From Actinomycetota bacterium (GTDB taxonomy: Bacteria; Actinomycetota; Actinomycetes; Nanopelagicales; Nanopelagicaceae), in contig JBJOGL010000001.1 of assembly GCA_046048255.1 (NCBI GenBank), positions 68,850-132,849 of the forward strand: a stretch of DNA of 64,000 nucleotides. The letters are read 5' to 3'. Below the pieces are notes generated by a model. It was not told where the DNA came from. It saw only the letters and a program-made list of their open reading frames with translations, and did no database searches. Positions within the stretch are counted from its first letter, which is position 1. Every line of letters begins with the position of its first letter. The translations under genes and the position numbers were made by a program. Below are positions 32,958-42,292 of the stretch, piece by piece.

Positions 32958-33985
32958 TTGATTCCGATTCCAAATTGGCGGGAAAAGCGCAAGTCGCCCT
33001 CGACGATATCGTGCATATCTGATATTCCATTGCGAACCATCAAGGTGCGTTCGAGTCCCATTCCAAAAGCGAAGCCGCTGTAGACGGTTGTGTCGATTCC
33101 GCAGACCTCTAAAACTTTTGGATTAACCATCCCGCAGCCGCCCCATTCAATCCAACGTCCGTTATAAAAGAAATCGACCTCGGCGCTCGGTTCGGTAAAT
33201 GGAAAGAACGAGGGTCTTATCCGAGTAGTAACTTCTGGACCAAATATTCTGGCTGCAAACAAATCGAGTGTTCCCTTGAGGTCAGCCATCGTTATTCCCT
33301 TATCGATAACAAGACCTTCAACCTGATTGAAAACTGGGGTGTGCGTTGCATCAAGTTCATCCGACCTATATGTCCGGCCTGGGCAAATCACATAGATCGG
33401 TGGTTCATTCTCGAGCATGGTTCTAATCTGAACTGGTGAGGTGTGAGTTCTCAGTACTAATCCAGATTCAACTGGCTCTATGAAGAACGTATCCTGCATA
33501 GTTCGAGCCGGATGATCTTCCGGAATGTTCAGCGCATCAAAATTAAGCCATCCCGACTCAAGTTCTGGCCCCTCTGCTACTTGATAACCCAGGCCTACAA
33601 AGAGATCTTCAATCTCAAATCTCAAGGATGTAAGTGGGTGAAGTGATCCTTGATGAGTTCTTTGGGTCGGAAGCGTTACATCAACGCGCTCATCTAGGAG
33701 CGCTCTTGAATCACGTAATTGAGTTAACTCTCGTTCCTTGTCATCAAAAGCTTGATTGATATTGGCCCGAGCTCTACCAATCAGTTTTCCGGTGGCTGCT
33801 CGTTCTTCCATTGGAACTTGTCCCAGAGATTGATTTGCTCTAGCAATCGGTGAACGATCTCCAACATGGGAAATCCGAACTTCTTTCAATTCATCAAGGC
33901 TCTTTGCCTTACCTATAGCCGCGACCGCTTGATCAAGAATCTCGGTTATCTGGGCCGGGTCTATAGAGACGGGTGATGAAGACAT
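32954..33985 (-). CDS. pheS: Phenylalanine--tRNA ligase alpha subunit
   Basis: Class II motifs (HPARTMQDTFF; FPFTEPSAEVD; GFAFGMGLERT). Confidence 0.95.
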   Translation of the reverse strand: MSSSPVSIDPAQITEILDQAVAAIGKAKSLDELKEVRISHVGDRSPIARANQSLGQVPMEERAATGKLIGRARANINQAFDDKERELTQLRDSRALLDERVDVTLPTQRTHQGSLHPLTSLRFEIEDLFVGLGYQVAEGPELESGWLNFDALNIPEDHPARTMQDTFFIEPVESGLVLRTHTSPVQIRTMLENEPPIYVICPGRTYRSDELDATHTPVFNQVEGLVIDKGITMADLKGTLDLFAARIFGPEVTTRIRPSFFPFTEPSAEVDFFYNGRWIEWGGCGMVNPKVLEVCGIDTTVYSGFAFGMGLERTLMVRNGISDMHDIVEGDLRFSRQFGIGIK

Positions 33986-34022
33986 CCCGGGATTCTACTT
34001 AAGCCGCTATCAAAATTACTTA

Positions 34023-34814
34023 CTATTTATCAGCGTTTGATACTGCGTACATAACCACAGATGCTGCGGTGGCGAGATTTAAGCTCTCGGAATTGCCTGC
34101 CATCGGTATCGAGACTGACTTTGATCCAAGGGCTCTTTCTACTTCAGCCGGCAGTCCACGAGCTTCATTTCCAAAGACCCAGATAGAGGGTTTGCCGATA
34201 ACGGATCGTGCCGCCGTATTTAACGGGGTTGTGCCATCAGCCTTGGTGGCGAAAATTTCACTTGAAGTTGTGTCCGCAAATTCCTTTAGACTCTCAATAG
34301 ATATCTCATCGATGGCCTTAACTTGCCAGAACGAGCCAGCTGTTGAACGAATCACCTTCGGACTATAAATATCAACAGAGTTATCAGAAAAGATAACCGC
34401 ATCAAAGCCAAATGCATCCGCTGTTCGAATAATTGTCCCGGCATTCCCAGGATCTTGGATCTGCCAAAAATAGGCAAACTTCCCATTCTTGATTCCCTTT
34501 AACTCTGAGATGGAGCGCGCCTTCAATTTGGCTACAGCCAGAACTCCTTGAGGTGAGACGGTATCGGTCATCGCCTTCATCACTTGAGGTGACACCTCTA
34601 CCAAATTTGAATGATAAAAAGACCCAAGTCGTTCTATACCTTCTTGGGTGTAGAAGATGGTCTCAATCTCTGTATCTCTTGAATCAAGTGCCGCCTTAAT
34701 ATTCTGCACACTCTCGATAACGTATTGAGCGCGAGCGCGCCGCTCTTTGACTCCCCTGGAACCGAGAAGAGCCTTCACCGCCTCAACATGAGGCGATTGA
34801 AGGCTCGTAATCAC
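34023..34814 (-). CDS. TrmH/SpoU-family RNA 2'-O-methyltransferase
   Basis: SPOUT motifs (IQDPGNAGTIIRTADAFG; VFGNEARGL; IPMAGNSESLNLATAASV). GTG start. Conserved position after rplT. Confidence 0.85.
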   Translation of the reverse strand: MITSLQSPHVEAVKALLGSRGVKERRARAQYVIESVQNIKAALDSRDTEIETIFYTQEGIERLGSFYHSNLVEVSPQVMKAMTDTVSPQGVLAVAKLKARSISELKGIKNGKFAYFWQIQDPGNAGTIIRTADAFGFDAVIFSDNSVDIYSPKVIRSTAGSFWQVKAIDEISIESLKEFADTTSSEIFATKADGTTPLNTAARSVIGKPSIWVFGNEARGLPAEVERALGSKSVSIPMAGNSESLNLATAASVVMYAVSNADK

Positions 34815-34850
34815 TTTCTCGTTATTTCTTAAATCAAAGGTCTCTTGAAA

Positions 34851-35213
34851 TTAAGAGACTTTCACGTTCTTCTTTGCGACCTCCACCAGATTGGCAAATG
34901 CCTTTGGATCATTGGTGGCTAAATCAGAGAGAACTCTGCGATCTACCTCAATACCGGCGGCCTTTAGACCTTGAATGAAACGGTTGTAGGTGATCCCATT
35001 TTCGCGCGCTGCGGCATTGATTCTGGTAATCCATAGCTGGCGGAAATCGCCCTTCTTATCTTTGCGATCATTGAACGCATAGATCATCGAGTGGGTGACT
35101 TGTTCCTTTGCCTTTGTGAATAGGCGGGAACGTTGTCCTCGATAGCCACTTGCGCGCTCCAAAACTGTGCGGCGCTTCTTTGCTGCGTGAACTCCGCGTT
35201 TTACTCTAGCCAT
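34851..35213 (-). CDS. rplT: 50S ribosomal protein L20
   Basis: [15 protein letters not shown]... 120 aa. Confidence 0.97.
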   Translation of the reverse strand: MARVKRGVHAAKKRRTVLERASGYRGQRSRLFTKAKEQVTHSMIYAFNDRKDKKGDFRQLWITRINAAARENGITYNRFIQGLKAAGIEVDRRVLSDLATNDPKAFANLVEVAKKNVKVS

Positions 35214-35224
35214 TTCGCGCCTCC

Positions 35225-35422
35225 TTACTTCATTCCAAGCAGACGCTTGGCTGAGAATGTATTTCGGTCATTTGCGGTCGCATCCTTCGAGAGGCGGCGA
35301 GTCACTCTAGATGACTTACGCTCGAGCAGGTGGCGCTTGCCGGCGCGCTCATGCATAACCTTTCCGGATCCGGTGACGCGGAAGGTTTTTTTCGCACCAC
35401 TATGAGTCTTCATTTTTGGCAT
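35225..35422 (-). CDS. rpmI: 50S ribosomal protein L35
   Basis: [21 protein letters not shown]... 65 aa. Confidence 0.97.
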   Translation of the reverse strand: MPKMKTHSGAKKTFRVTGSGKVMHERAGKRHLLERKSSRVTRRLSKDATANDRNTFSAKRLLGMK

Positions 35423-35433
35423 ATGTAGCTCCT

Positions 35434-36024
35434 TTACTTCTGCTCGTTCTTTACGGCAGCTGCTCGACGCTTTGCTTCTGCAACTGCATCGCTCTTCTTT
35501 TTAAGGGGTCCGAGCACCATGGTCATGCTACGTCCCTCGCGCTTTGGAGCGAATTCAACAAATCCAGTTCCTGCAACATCTTCAGCAAGACGTTGTAGCA
35601 ACCGGAAACCTATCTCCGGACGAGTCTGCTCTCGACCTTTGAATTGGACCGTCACCTTCACCTTATCCCCGCCAAGAAGAAACTTTTCAATGTGGTTCTT
35701 CTTTGTCTCGTAATCATGATTCTCGATCTTCAAGCCCATCCTGATTTCCTTAACCACAATGTGGGTCTGGTTCTGACGAGCTTCCCGCGCTTTCTGGGCG
35801 ATCTCATACTTGTACTTTCCAAAGTCCATGACTTTGCAGACTGGAGGTTGTGCGTCTGGCGCAATCTCAACTAGATCTAGTCCAGCTTCATCAGCTAGCC
35901 GTAGAGCTACATCGATTGCAACGACTCCGACCTGTTCTCCGCCTGCACCAATCAACCTAACTTCAGGTACGCGAATACGATCATTAATTTTCGGTTCTGT
36001 GGTGCTGATAACTCTTCCTTTCAA
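35434..36024 (-). CDS. infC: Translation initiation factor IF-3 (start either TTG 36024 or ATC 36009)
   Basis: [14 protein letters not shown]...[11 protein letters not shown]...HDYETKK. See the finding on the start codon. Confidence 0.93.
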   Translation of the reverse strand: MKGRVISTTEPKINDRIRVPEVRLIGAGGEQVGVVAIDVALRLADEAGLDLVEIAPDAQPPVCKVMDFGKYKYEIAQKAREARQNQTHIVVKEIRMGLKIENHDYETKKNHIEKFLLGGDKVKVTVQFKGREQTRPEIGFRLLQRLAEDVAGTGFVEFAPKREGRSMTMVLGPLKKKSDAVAEAKRRAAAVKNEQK

Positions 36025-36289
36025 ATTTTCGCCTTCGATTCAAGCGCAAACTCGAATCATGACTCGTAAGTTTTAGCCAAAATTTAGAGAGGGCCGCCTC
36101 AAGGCATACGGGAGATGAACCCCGAAAATCTTGACCATCTCACTAAATCGTGAGGGAGGTGGGAGCGGCTAACTCCACTTCATCTTGGCTACCAGCCTTT
36201 TCAGGCAGGTGCTGAGGTAAGGGTACCCGCCCATCCGAGAGCTACCAAATCGGGGTGCAGGTATCGACCAAGCCATCTAGCGTTAGCAC

Positions 36290-36571
36290 ATGAAAAAGCG
36301 CGGAAATGAAGAATTCCACAATATAACTGAGGCTCAATCTGCGCTCTCCGACGACATCCCGGGGCGACAACGGAAGTACTTCTATTCAATGATGGTGCGA
36401 ACCATCTGTTTTCTATTGGCAGTTTTCACCCCAAGTCCTTATCGCTGGTTCTTCTTAGTTGGCGCAGTAACACTTCCATACATCTCAGTCATTGTCGCAA
36501 ATGCCGGTCGGGAGACAATCAAGGGTGAAGCAAAGTTACTTCGCTCTCGAAATCGCGAAATTGGTAGATGA
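36290..36571 (+). CDS. DUF3099-like small membrane protein
   Basis: 93 aa with two TM helices (ICFLLAVF..., FFLVGAVTLPYISVIVANAGRE). ATGA coupling to the SURF1-like gene. Confidence 0.7.
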   Translation: MKKRGNEEFHNITEAQSALSDDIPGRQRKYFYSMMVRTICFLLAVFTPSPYRWFFLVGAVTLPYISVIVANAGRETIKGEAKLLRSRNREIGR

Positions 36572-37284
36572 AACGTATAGCTGGTGCTTCACTCCTAGCA
36601 TTAATACTAGTAGCCCTATGTATTCAAGGAGCACGCTGGCAATTCGATCGACATGAAGTTAGACATGCCAAGAATGAATTAATTCGCGCAAACATCGTCA
36701 AAGACGACTTAACTGAACCCCAATTGAGTCGGTTGAGTTTAAATGAGATTGCCTGGCGTACCGTAAGAATGGATGGTCGTTTTATACCAACAGCTGAGAT
36801 TCTTCTTCGTAACAGGTATCACCAAGGAAAATATGGATTTGGAGTTATTACTCTTTTTGAAAGTAATTCTGGTAAAAAATACTGGATCGATCGCGGCTGG
36901 GTAGTTGCTGGAAAAGATGCGCTAACTCCCCCAGATGTTAACCGGGTATCAACTGCGCTAATTTCAATTGAAGGTCGAGTCAGAGCAGAGAGCCTAGAGG
37001 CACAGATATCAGGCACAGTCTTTGCTGTCCCGCGAAATGATGGAAGTTCCCAGTTAGCCCGGTGGAACAATGAAACTAATATTCAAACTGAACCGGTTTA
37101 TCTGGATTTGATAAGCGCGAGCAATGTTGCATTCAATCCTGACGTACCGGCAGCCCTGCCTGCGCTAAGTGATGGTCCGCATCTGGCCTATTCGGTTCAG
37201 TGGATTCTCTTCGCCGGATTGGTGTTATTCGGCTTATTTCTCGTCGTCCGCGAAGAGCGGAAAGTTCAAGCCGAAAAAGATTGA
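36568..37284 (+). CDS. SURF1-family protein (cytochrome oxidase biogenesis)
   Basis: N-terminal TM plus GARWQFDRH, and a C-terminal GPHLAYSVQWILFAGLV motif. Confidence 0.8.
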   Translation: MKRIAGASLLALILVALCIQGARWQFDRHEVRHAKNELIRANIVKDDLTEPQLSRLSLNEIAWRTVRMDGRFIPTAEILLRNRYHQGKYGFGVITLFESNSGKKYWIDRGWVVAGKDALTPPDVNRVSTALISIEGRVRAESLEAQISGTVFAVPRNDGSSQLARWNNETNIQTEPVYLDLISASNVAFNPDVPAALPALSDGPHLAYSVQWILFAGLVLFGLFLVVREERKVQAEKD

Positions 37285-39128
37285 CGGTCATACAGATCAG
37301 CGTAGAGTCCATTTCGGGCAAGAAGCTCCTCGTGAGTTCCGCGCTCCTTAATATCACCGGCCTCGATCACCAGAATTTGATCAGCTCTGCGGACAGTTGA
37401 GAGTCGATGTGCAATAACGATGCTAGTTCGATTCTGAAGGGCCGTGGCAAGGGCCTCTTGGACCAGAGCTTCATTCTCAGAGTCGAGATGAGCGGTAGCT
37501 TCATCCAAAATCACGATTCTGGGCGCCTTTAAAAGTAATCGTGCGATTGCTAAGCGCTGTTTCTCGCCACCTGAGAGTCTATGACCACGCTCCCCTACGA
37601 CGGTGTCAAAACCATTTGGCAACGCTTCGATCATCTCCCAAATTTGCGCCGCCTTGCAAGCGCTCTCCATCTCAACTTCTGTCGCATCAGCCTTTGCATA
37701 GCGTAAGTTAGCTGCGATTGAATCATGGAACATATGAGCATCTTGAGTAACAACGCCAATTGAGTTGCGTAGTGATTCAAGTTTGAGATCACGGATATCT
37801 TCGCCACCAACTTTAATTGCTCCGGAATTTACATCGTAAAGTCTTGGGAGCAGAGAGCTTATAGTCGTCTTGCCAGCACCAGACGGCCCAACTAACGCAG
37901 TCAATGTTCCTGCTGGCGCATTAAAACTTATTCCCTTGAGAATCTCACCACTTTCAATCAATTCGGGCTTTGCTGCAGACTCAAGAGATGCCAAAGAGAT
38001 TTCATCTGCCTTTGGATACGCGAACTGAACCTGATCAAATTCAACGCTAAGCGGTCCTTCCTCCAAATGGCGAGCATCTTCCTTGTCGCGCACCATCGGA
38101 ATCAGATCCAAGACTTCAAAGACACGCTCGAAAGAAACTAGAGCGGTCATCACATCAACCCGGACATTGGAAAGCGCGGTCAGCGGGCCATAAAGACGCA
38201 CCAGTAAAGTGGTAATCGCCAAGAGAGTTCCGAGCGTTATCTCCTGATTGATTGCAAGATGTCCTCCAACTCCGTATGCGAATGCAGTTGCAATCGCAGC
38301 GATCGAGGTAAGGGCGATGAAAAATAGACGCTGTAGAAGTGCTATTGAGACTCCGATATTCGCAACTTTTCGGGCTCTAGAAGAGAAATAGTCACGCTCA
38401 CTTCTTTGATCACCGTAAAGCGAGACTAAAAGCGCTCCGGAAACATTGAATCGCTCCGTCATCGTCGCAGACATCTCTGCATTTAGATTAAAGGATTCTC
38501 TGGTCAACCCCTGAAGTTTGCGCCCCACCCACTTCGTGGGAAATAGAAAAACTGGAAGCAGGGCAAGCGCTAAAACCGTGATCTTCCAAGAAAGGGTCAG
38601 CAGTGCTCCGATAACTAGGATCAAAGTCAAGATGTTGCTCACCAAGCCAGCTAAAGTGGTGGTGAATGCCTGCTGGGCGCCAATTACATCTGAATTGATT
38701 CTTGAGATTAGTGCACCTGTTTGAGTCCGTGTAAAGAAGGCAATTGATTGGCGTTGCACATGGCTAAAGACTTGGGTGCGTAAATCGAAGATTAAATTCT
38801 CGCCAATTCGTGCAGAGAACCACCTACCAATCATTGAAAATAAGGCGTCTGCAATGGCAATTGCGCCGACAAGGAGCGCTAGTTGAGTCACTAAGTTTGG
38901 ATTTCCAGGAATAACTCCATCATCAATCAATCGCTTGAGCAGCAGTGGCGAGCTAATAACTAAAACCGCATCAACGACTACAGTAAGCAAAAAGGAAATT
39001 AGGAAAGTTCGATACGGGGCCGCATACGAAGCGATCCGCTTGACTGTGCCTGACTTTAGTCGCTGGTCCTTGACCGATGCGTCTGCGGTAAGCGAGCGGA
39101 AAGACATCCACATCGCATGTTGAGACAT
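37266..39128 (-). CDS. ABC transporter, fused permease/ATP-binding protein (MsbA-like exporter type)
   Basis: Six-TM N-domain followed by an NBD (GPSGAGKTT, LSGGEKQRLAIARLL, ILDEATAHLD). Confidence 0.88.
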   Translation of the reverse strand: MSQHAMWMSFRSLTADASVKDQRLKSGTVKRIASYAAPYRTFLISFLLTVVVDAVLVISSPLLLKRLIDDGVIPGNPNLVTQLALLVGAIAIADALFSMIGRWFSARIGENLIFDLRTQVFSHVQRQSIAFFTRTQTGALISRINSDVIGAQQAFTTTLAGLVSNILTLILVIGALLTLSWKITVLALALLPVFLFPTKWVGRKLQGLTRESFNLNAEMSATMTERFNVSGALLVSLYGDQRSERDYFSSRARKVANIGVSIALLQRLFFIALTSIAAIATAFAYGVGGHLAINQEITLGTLLAITTLLVRLYGPLTALSNVRVDVMTALVSFERVFEVLDLIPMVRDKEDARHLEEGPLSVEFDQVQFAYPKADEISLASLESAAKPELIESGEILKGISFNAPAGTLTALVGPSGAGKTTISSLLPRLYDVNSGAIKVGGEDIRDLKLESLRNSIGVVTQDAHMFHDSIAANLRYAKADATEVEMESACKAAQIWEMIEALPNGFDTVVGERGHRLSGGEKQRLAIARLLLKAPRIVILDEATAHLDSENEALVQEALATALQNRTSIVIAHRLSTVRRADQILVIEAGDIKERGTHEELLARNGLYADLYDRQSFSA

Positions 39129-39165
39129 GGAAGTACCTTAGGACTATGGGTCAGGTATTAAGAAA

Positions 39166-39483
39166 TCAGACTGTGAAACCGATAGCTCGGAGTTGTTCGC
39201 GCCCATCATCAGTAATCTTGTTTGGGCCCCAGGGTGGCATCCAAACCCAATTGATTCGCACATCTGTTACCAAATCTTGAAGAACAGATCGGGTTTGATC
39301 CTCAATTACATCTTGGAGCGGACATGCAGCAGATGTCAGAGTCATATCAAGGACTGCGACATTCGCTTCATCAACGGTGACGTCATAGATGAGCCCTAGA
39401 TCAACCACGTTTATTCCCAGCTCAGGATCGATGACATCTTTCATAGCTTCAGTTATGTCTGCGACTGCTGCTTTACTTGTCAT
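39166..39483 (-). CDS. sufT: DUF59 / SufT-like Fe-S assembly protein
   Basis: 105 aa with DPELGINVVDLGLIY...LTSAACP. Last gene of the suf cluster. Confidence 0.78.
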   Translation of the reverse strand: MTSKAAVADITEAMKDVIDPELGINVVDLGLIYDVTVDEANVAVLDMTLTSAACPLQDVIEDQTRSVLQDLVTDVRINWVWMPPWGPNKITDDGREQLRAIGFTV

Positions 39484-39504
39484 CGCCTCACCTTTCTTAG
39501 GTTG

Positions 39505-39942
39505 CTACTTCTTGATTGCTTGCTGAAGTGCATCTTTAAATGCCATCCAGCCCAGCAGGGCGCATTTTACCCGTGCTGGAAACTTTGATACACCTGCAAA
39601 TGCAACTCCATCTTGAAGGCGCTCCTCATTTCCTGAGTCAGTGCCCTTACTTTGTAGCATGGTTTGGAACTCATCTACAAGAGCCAAAGCTTCTGTATAA
39701 GTCTTACCGGCCAATAGATCAGACATAACAGAGGTAGAAGCCTGCGAGATAGAGCATCCCACACCTTCCCATGTAACCTGGGCTACAACATCCTCAGTCA
39801 TATGAAGATTCAAAGTCACTTCATCGCCACAACTTGTATTGATGTGATGAACTTGAATATTTGGGTTTGGCGCTAGCGACTTATTGAGGGGCCGCTTATA
39901 GTGATCGAGAATCACTTCTTGATAGAGCGAGTCGAGCTCCAT
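39505..39942 (-). CDS. sufU: SufU-type Fe-S cluster assembly sulfur-transfer scaffold
   Basis: LYQEVILDHYKRP...CGDEVTL...GCSISQAS...RVKCALL. Confidence 0.9.
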   Translation of the reverse strand: MELDSLYQEVILDHYKRPLNKSLAPNPNIQVHHINTSCGDEVTLNLHMTEDVVAQVTWEGVGCSISQASTSVMSDLLAGKTYTEALALVDEFQTMLQSKGTDSGNEERLQDGVAFAGVSKFPARVKCALLGWMAFKDALQQAIKK

Positions 39943-41214
39943 TTAGCGCTCCAGAAAGTACTTCTTTGCGCGCTCAATACCTTCAATTAGCGCTGTTATA
40001 TCTGACTCATCGTTATAAAGATAGAAAGATGCACGAGTGGTAGCAACAACTTTAAATCTACGCATTAATGGCCAAGCGCAATGATGGCCAGTACGCACCG
40101 CAATTCCATATTGATCTAGAGCTTGGCCGAGATCATGGGGATGAATTCCCTCGATAGCAAATGAGACTACGCCGCCCCGGGAACTCATGTCTTTTGGTCC
40201 AATCACGGTCAGACCTTTAATTGACTGTAGACCTTCTAAGGCCAAATTGGTGAGAAATGTTTCGTGTTCATGTATCGCAGATATGGAGATCTTTTCGATG
40301 TAATCAATCGCTGCTCCAAGCCCCACAGCTTGGGCCATATTGGGAACGCCAGCTTCGAAACGTTTTGGGGCTGGAAGGTAAGTTGCTTCAGTCATAGTGA
40401 CTGTTTCGATCATTGATCCACCAGTCAAAAAGGGTGGCATCTCATCAAGAAGTTCTTGTCTTCCCCAGAGAACTCCAACACCTGTTGGGCCAAGCATCTT
40501 ATGTCCGGAGAAAGTTAGAAAGTCTGCGCCGAGGGATTGCACATCAACTTTGAAATGTGGGACAGATTGACATGCATCCACCAGAAAAAGTGCCCCGACT
40601 TCACGAACTCGATTCAAAAGTGGCTTTAGGTGGAGGCCGAAATCATTAATTGTCCCTAGCACATTAGATTGGTGGGTAAGGGCGACGATCCTTGTCTTTT
40701 CATTAATTATTGAATCAAGAGAGCTGAGTTCAAGTCTTCCCTCATCAGTAACTGGAAACCACTTCAACTCTGCACCAGTACGAGCAGCAAGTTCCTGCCA
40801 AGGAATCAGATTGGCATGGTGCTCCATCTCAGATATAACTATTTGGTCGCCTTGCTTTAAGTGAAACTTCGATCCCGACCGAGCATTTCCGATTGAGTAA
40901 GCAACCAGGTTTATACCTTCGGTTGCAGATTTCGTGAAGACTATCTCTGATTCGCTCTTGGCATTTAGAAACCGCGCAACCTGTAAGCGAGCGCTCTCAA
41001 ATAGTTCGGTGGCTTCTTCAGCTAATTGATGCGCACCTCTATGTGCGGCCGCATTGTGATTAACATAAAAATCGCGCTCTGCATCCAGAACTGAAAGCGG
41101 TTTCTGTGAAGTCGCAGCGCTATCCAAATAGACCAAACGATGTTCGCCGCGGATCAAGCGGCTAAATATTGGGAAGTCCGACTTGATCCGGGTGACATCT
41201 AAGGAACTATTCAT
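39943..41214 (-). CDS. sufS: Cysteine desulfurase SufS
   Basis: Class V aminotransferase: SGHKMLGPTGVGVL contains the PLP lysine, and RTGHHCA contains the catalytic Cys. Confidence 0.93.
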   Translation of the reverse strand: MNSSLDVTRIKSDFPIFSRLIRGEHRLVYLDSAATSQKPLSVLDAERDFYVNHNAAAHRGAHQLAEEATELFESARLQVARFLNAKSESEIVFTKSATEGINLVAYSIGNARSGSKFHLKQGDQIVISEMEHHANLIPWQELAARTGAELKWFPVTDEGRLELSSLDSIINEKTRIVALTHQSNVLGTINDFGLHLKPLLNRVREVGALFLVDACQSVPHFKVDVQSLGADFLTFSGHKMLGPTGVGVLWGRQELLDEMPPFLTGGSMIETVTMTEATYLPAPKRFEAGVPNMAQAVGLGAAIDYIEKISISAIHEHETFLTNLALEGLQSIKGLTVIGPKDMSSRGGVVSFAIEGIHPHDLGQALDQYGIAVRTGHHCAWPLMRRFKVVATTRASFYLYNDESDITALIEGIERAKKYFLER

Positions 41215-41222
41215 TACTGGAG

Positions 41223-41975
41223 TTATGCCTTTACGTACTCGGCATAACCCTTCTCCTCAAGGCGTTCAGCAAGCTCTGGACCGCCCTCTTCGACGATCTT
41301 TCCGCCAGCGAAGACGTGAACGAAATCTGGCTTGATGTAGCGCAAAATACGGGTGTAGTGGGTAATCAACATGATTCCGAGATTCTGTTCTTGCTTAACT
41401 CGGTTCACGCCCTCAGAGACAATACGAAGCGCATCCACATCTAGACCGGAGTCAGTTTCGTCCAGAATTGCAATCTTTGGCTTCAGGAGTTCCATCTGCA
41501 AAATCTCGTGACGCTTCTTTTCGCCACCGGAGAATCCTTCATTGACGCTGCGCTCTGAAAAGGCTGGATCCATCGCGAGTTTGCTCATCGCATCCTTAAC
41601 TTCACCGACCCAGGTGCGCACCTTAGGAGCCTCGCCACGTAGCGCTGTTGCTGCCGTTCTCAAGAAGTTAGCAACAGAGACTCCGGGAACTTCAACTGGA
41701 TACTGCATGGCGAGAAAGAGTCCTGCTTTAGCTCTTTCATCAACGCCCATTTCAAGTACATCCACGCCATCTAGAGTCACCGAGCCACCAGTAATTGTGT
41801 ACTTCGGATGGCCAGCGATTGAATAAGCCAGCGTAGATTTTCCAGAACCGTTAGGCCCCATAATTGCGTGAACTTCACCAGAGTTGATAGTGAGATCTAC
41901 GCCGCGCAATATTTCAGTCATCCCTGACTCGGTTTCAACGCCAACTTGTAGACCCTTGATTACTAGCTGTGACAT
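41223..41975 (-). CDS. sufC: Fe-S cluster assembly ATPase SufC
   Basis: GPNGSGKSTL, FSGGEKKRHEILQ, ILDETDSGLD. Confidence 0.95.
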   Translation of the reverse strand: MSQLVIKGLQVGVETESGMTEILRGVDLTINSGEVHAIMGPNGSGKSTLAYSIAGHPKYTITGGSVTLDGVDVLEMGVDERAKAGLFLAMQYPVEVPGVSVANFLRTAATALRGEAPKVRTWVGEVKDAMSKLAMDPAFSERSVNEGFSGGEKKRHEILQMELLKPKIAILDETDSGLDVDALRIVSEGVNRVKQEQNLGIMLITHYTRILRYIKPDFVHVFAGGKIVEEGGPELAERLEEKGYAEYVKA

Positions 41976-41983
41976 TCTCGCTC

Positions 41984-42292
41984 CTACCGTCCACGCTCTG
42001 AAATCGTGACGGTATCTCCGTCACGCTTTACTTCAAAAACTTCTAGCGACTCTGTCGCTGGCGGTGTTAGGGCCGCCCCTGTCCTTAAATCAAATTCGGC
42101 GCCATGAAGCCAGCACTCGATTTTTTCACCAGAAACTTCGCCCTCGGAAAGGGAGGCTTCTGCATGTGAACAGATATCAGCAACCGCAAATACTTCCTCG
42201 TTTACCCTGACAACGCAGACATCTTTATTCCCTAGGGAAATCTTCATAGGCTTGCCGGGCTGCAAATCCGAATACTGAAGTGAATTCGTCAT
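41984..42292 (-). CDS. Rieske [2Fe-2S] domain protein (ferredoxin-subunit-like)
   Basis: Matches the CxH...CxxH pattern: ADICSHAEASL...IECWLHGAEFD. 102 aa. Confidence 0.85.
   Translation of the reverse strand: MTNSLQYSDLQPGKPMKISLGNKDVCVVRVNEEVFAVADICSHAEASLSEGEVSGEKIECWLHGAEFDLRTGAALTPPATESLEVFEVKRDGDTVTISERGR

Noticed and set aside
36205-36240. GGTGCTGAGGTAAGGGTACCC resembles the CTGAGA/ACCC part of a TPP riboswitch.
   Set aside because: The second half of the TPP aptamer (ACCTGATCTGGATAATGCCAGCG-like pyrimidine-sensing helix) is absent. Neither flanking gene is thiamine-related.
36201-36389. A 62-aa minus-strand ORF spanning the infC/DUF3099 intergenic region and the DUF3099 start.
   Set aside because: It overlaps the better-supported DUF3099 gene on the opposite strand. 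It is Arg/Cys/Ala-rich with no motif and lacks a ribosome-binding site.
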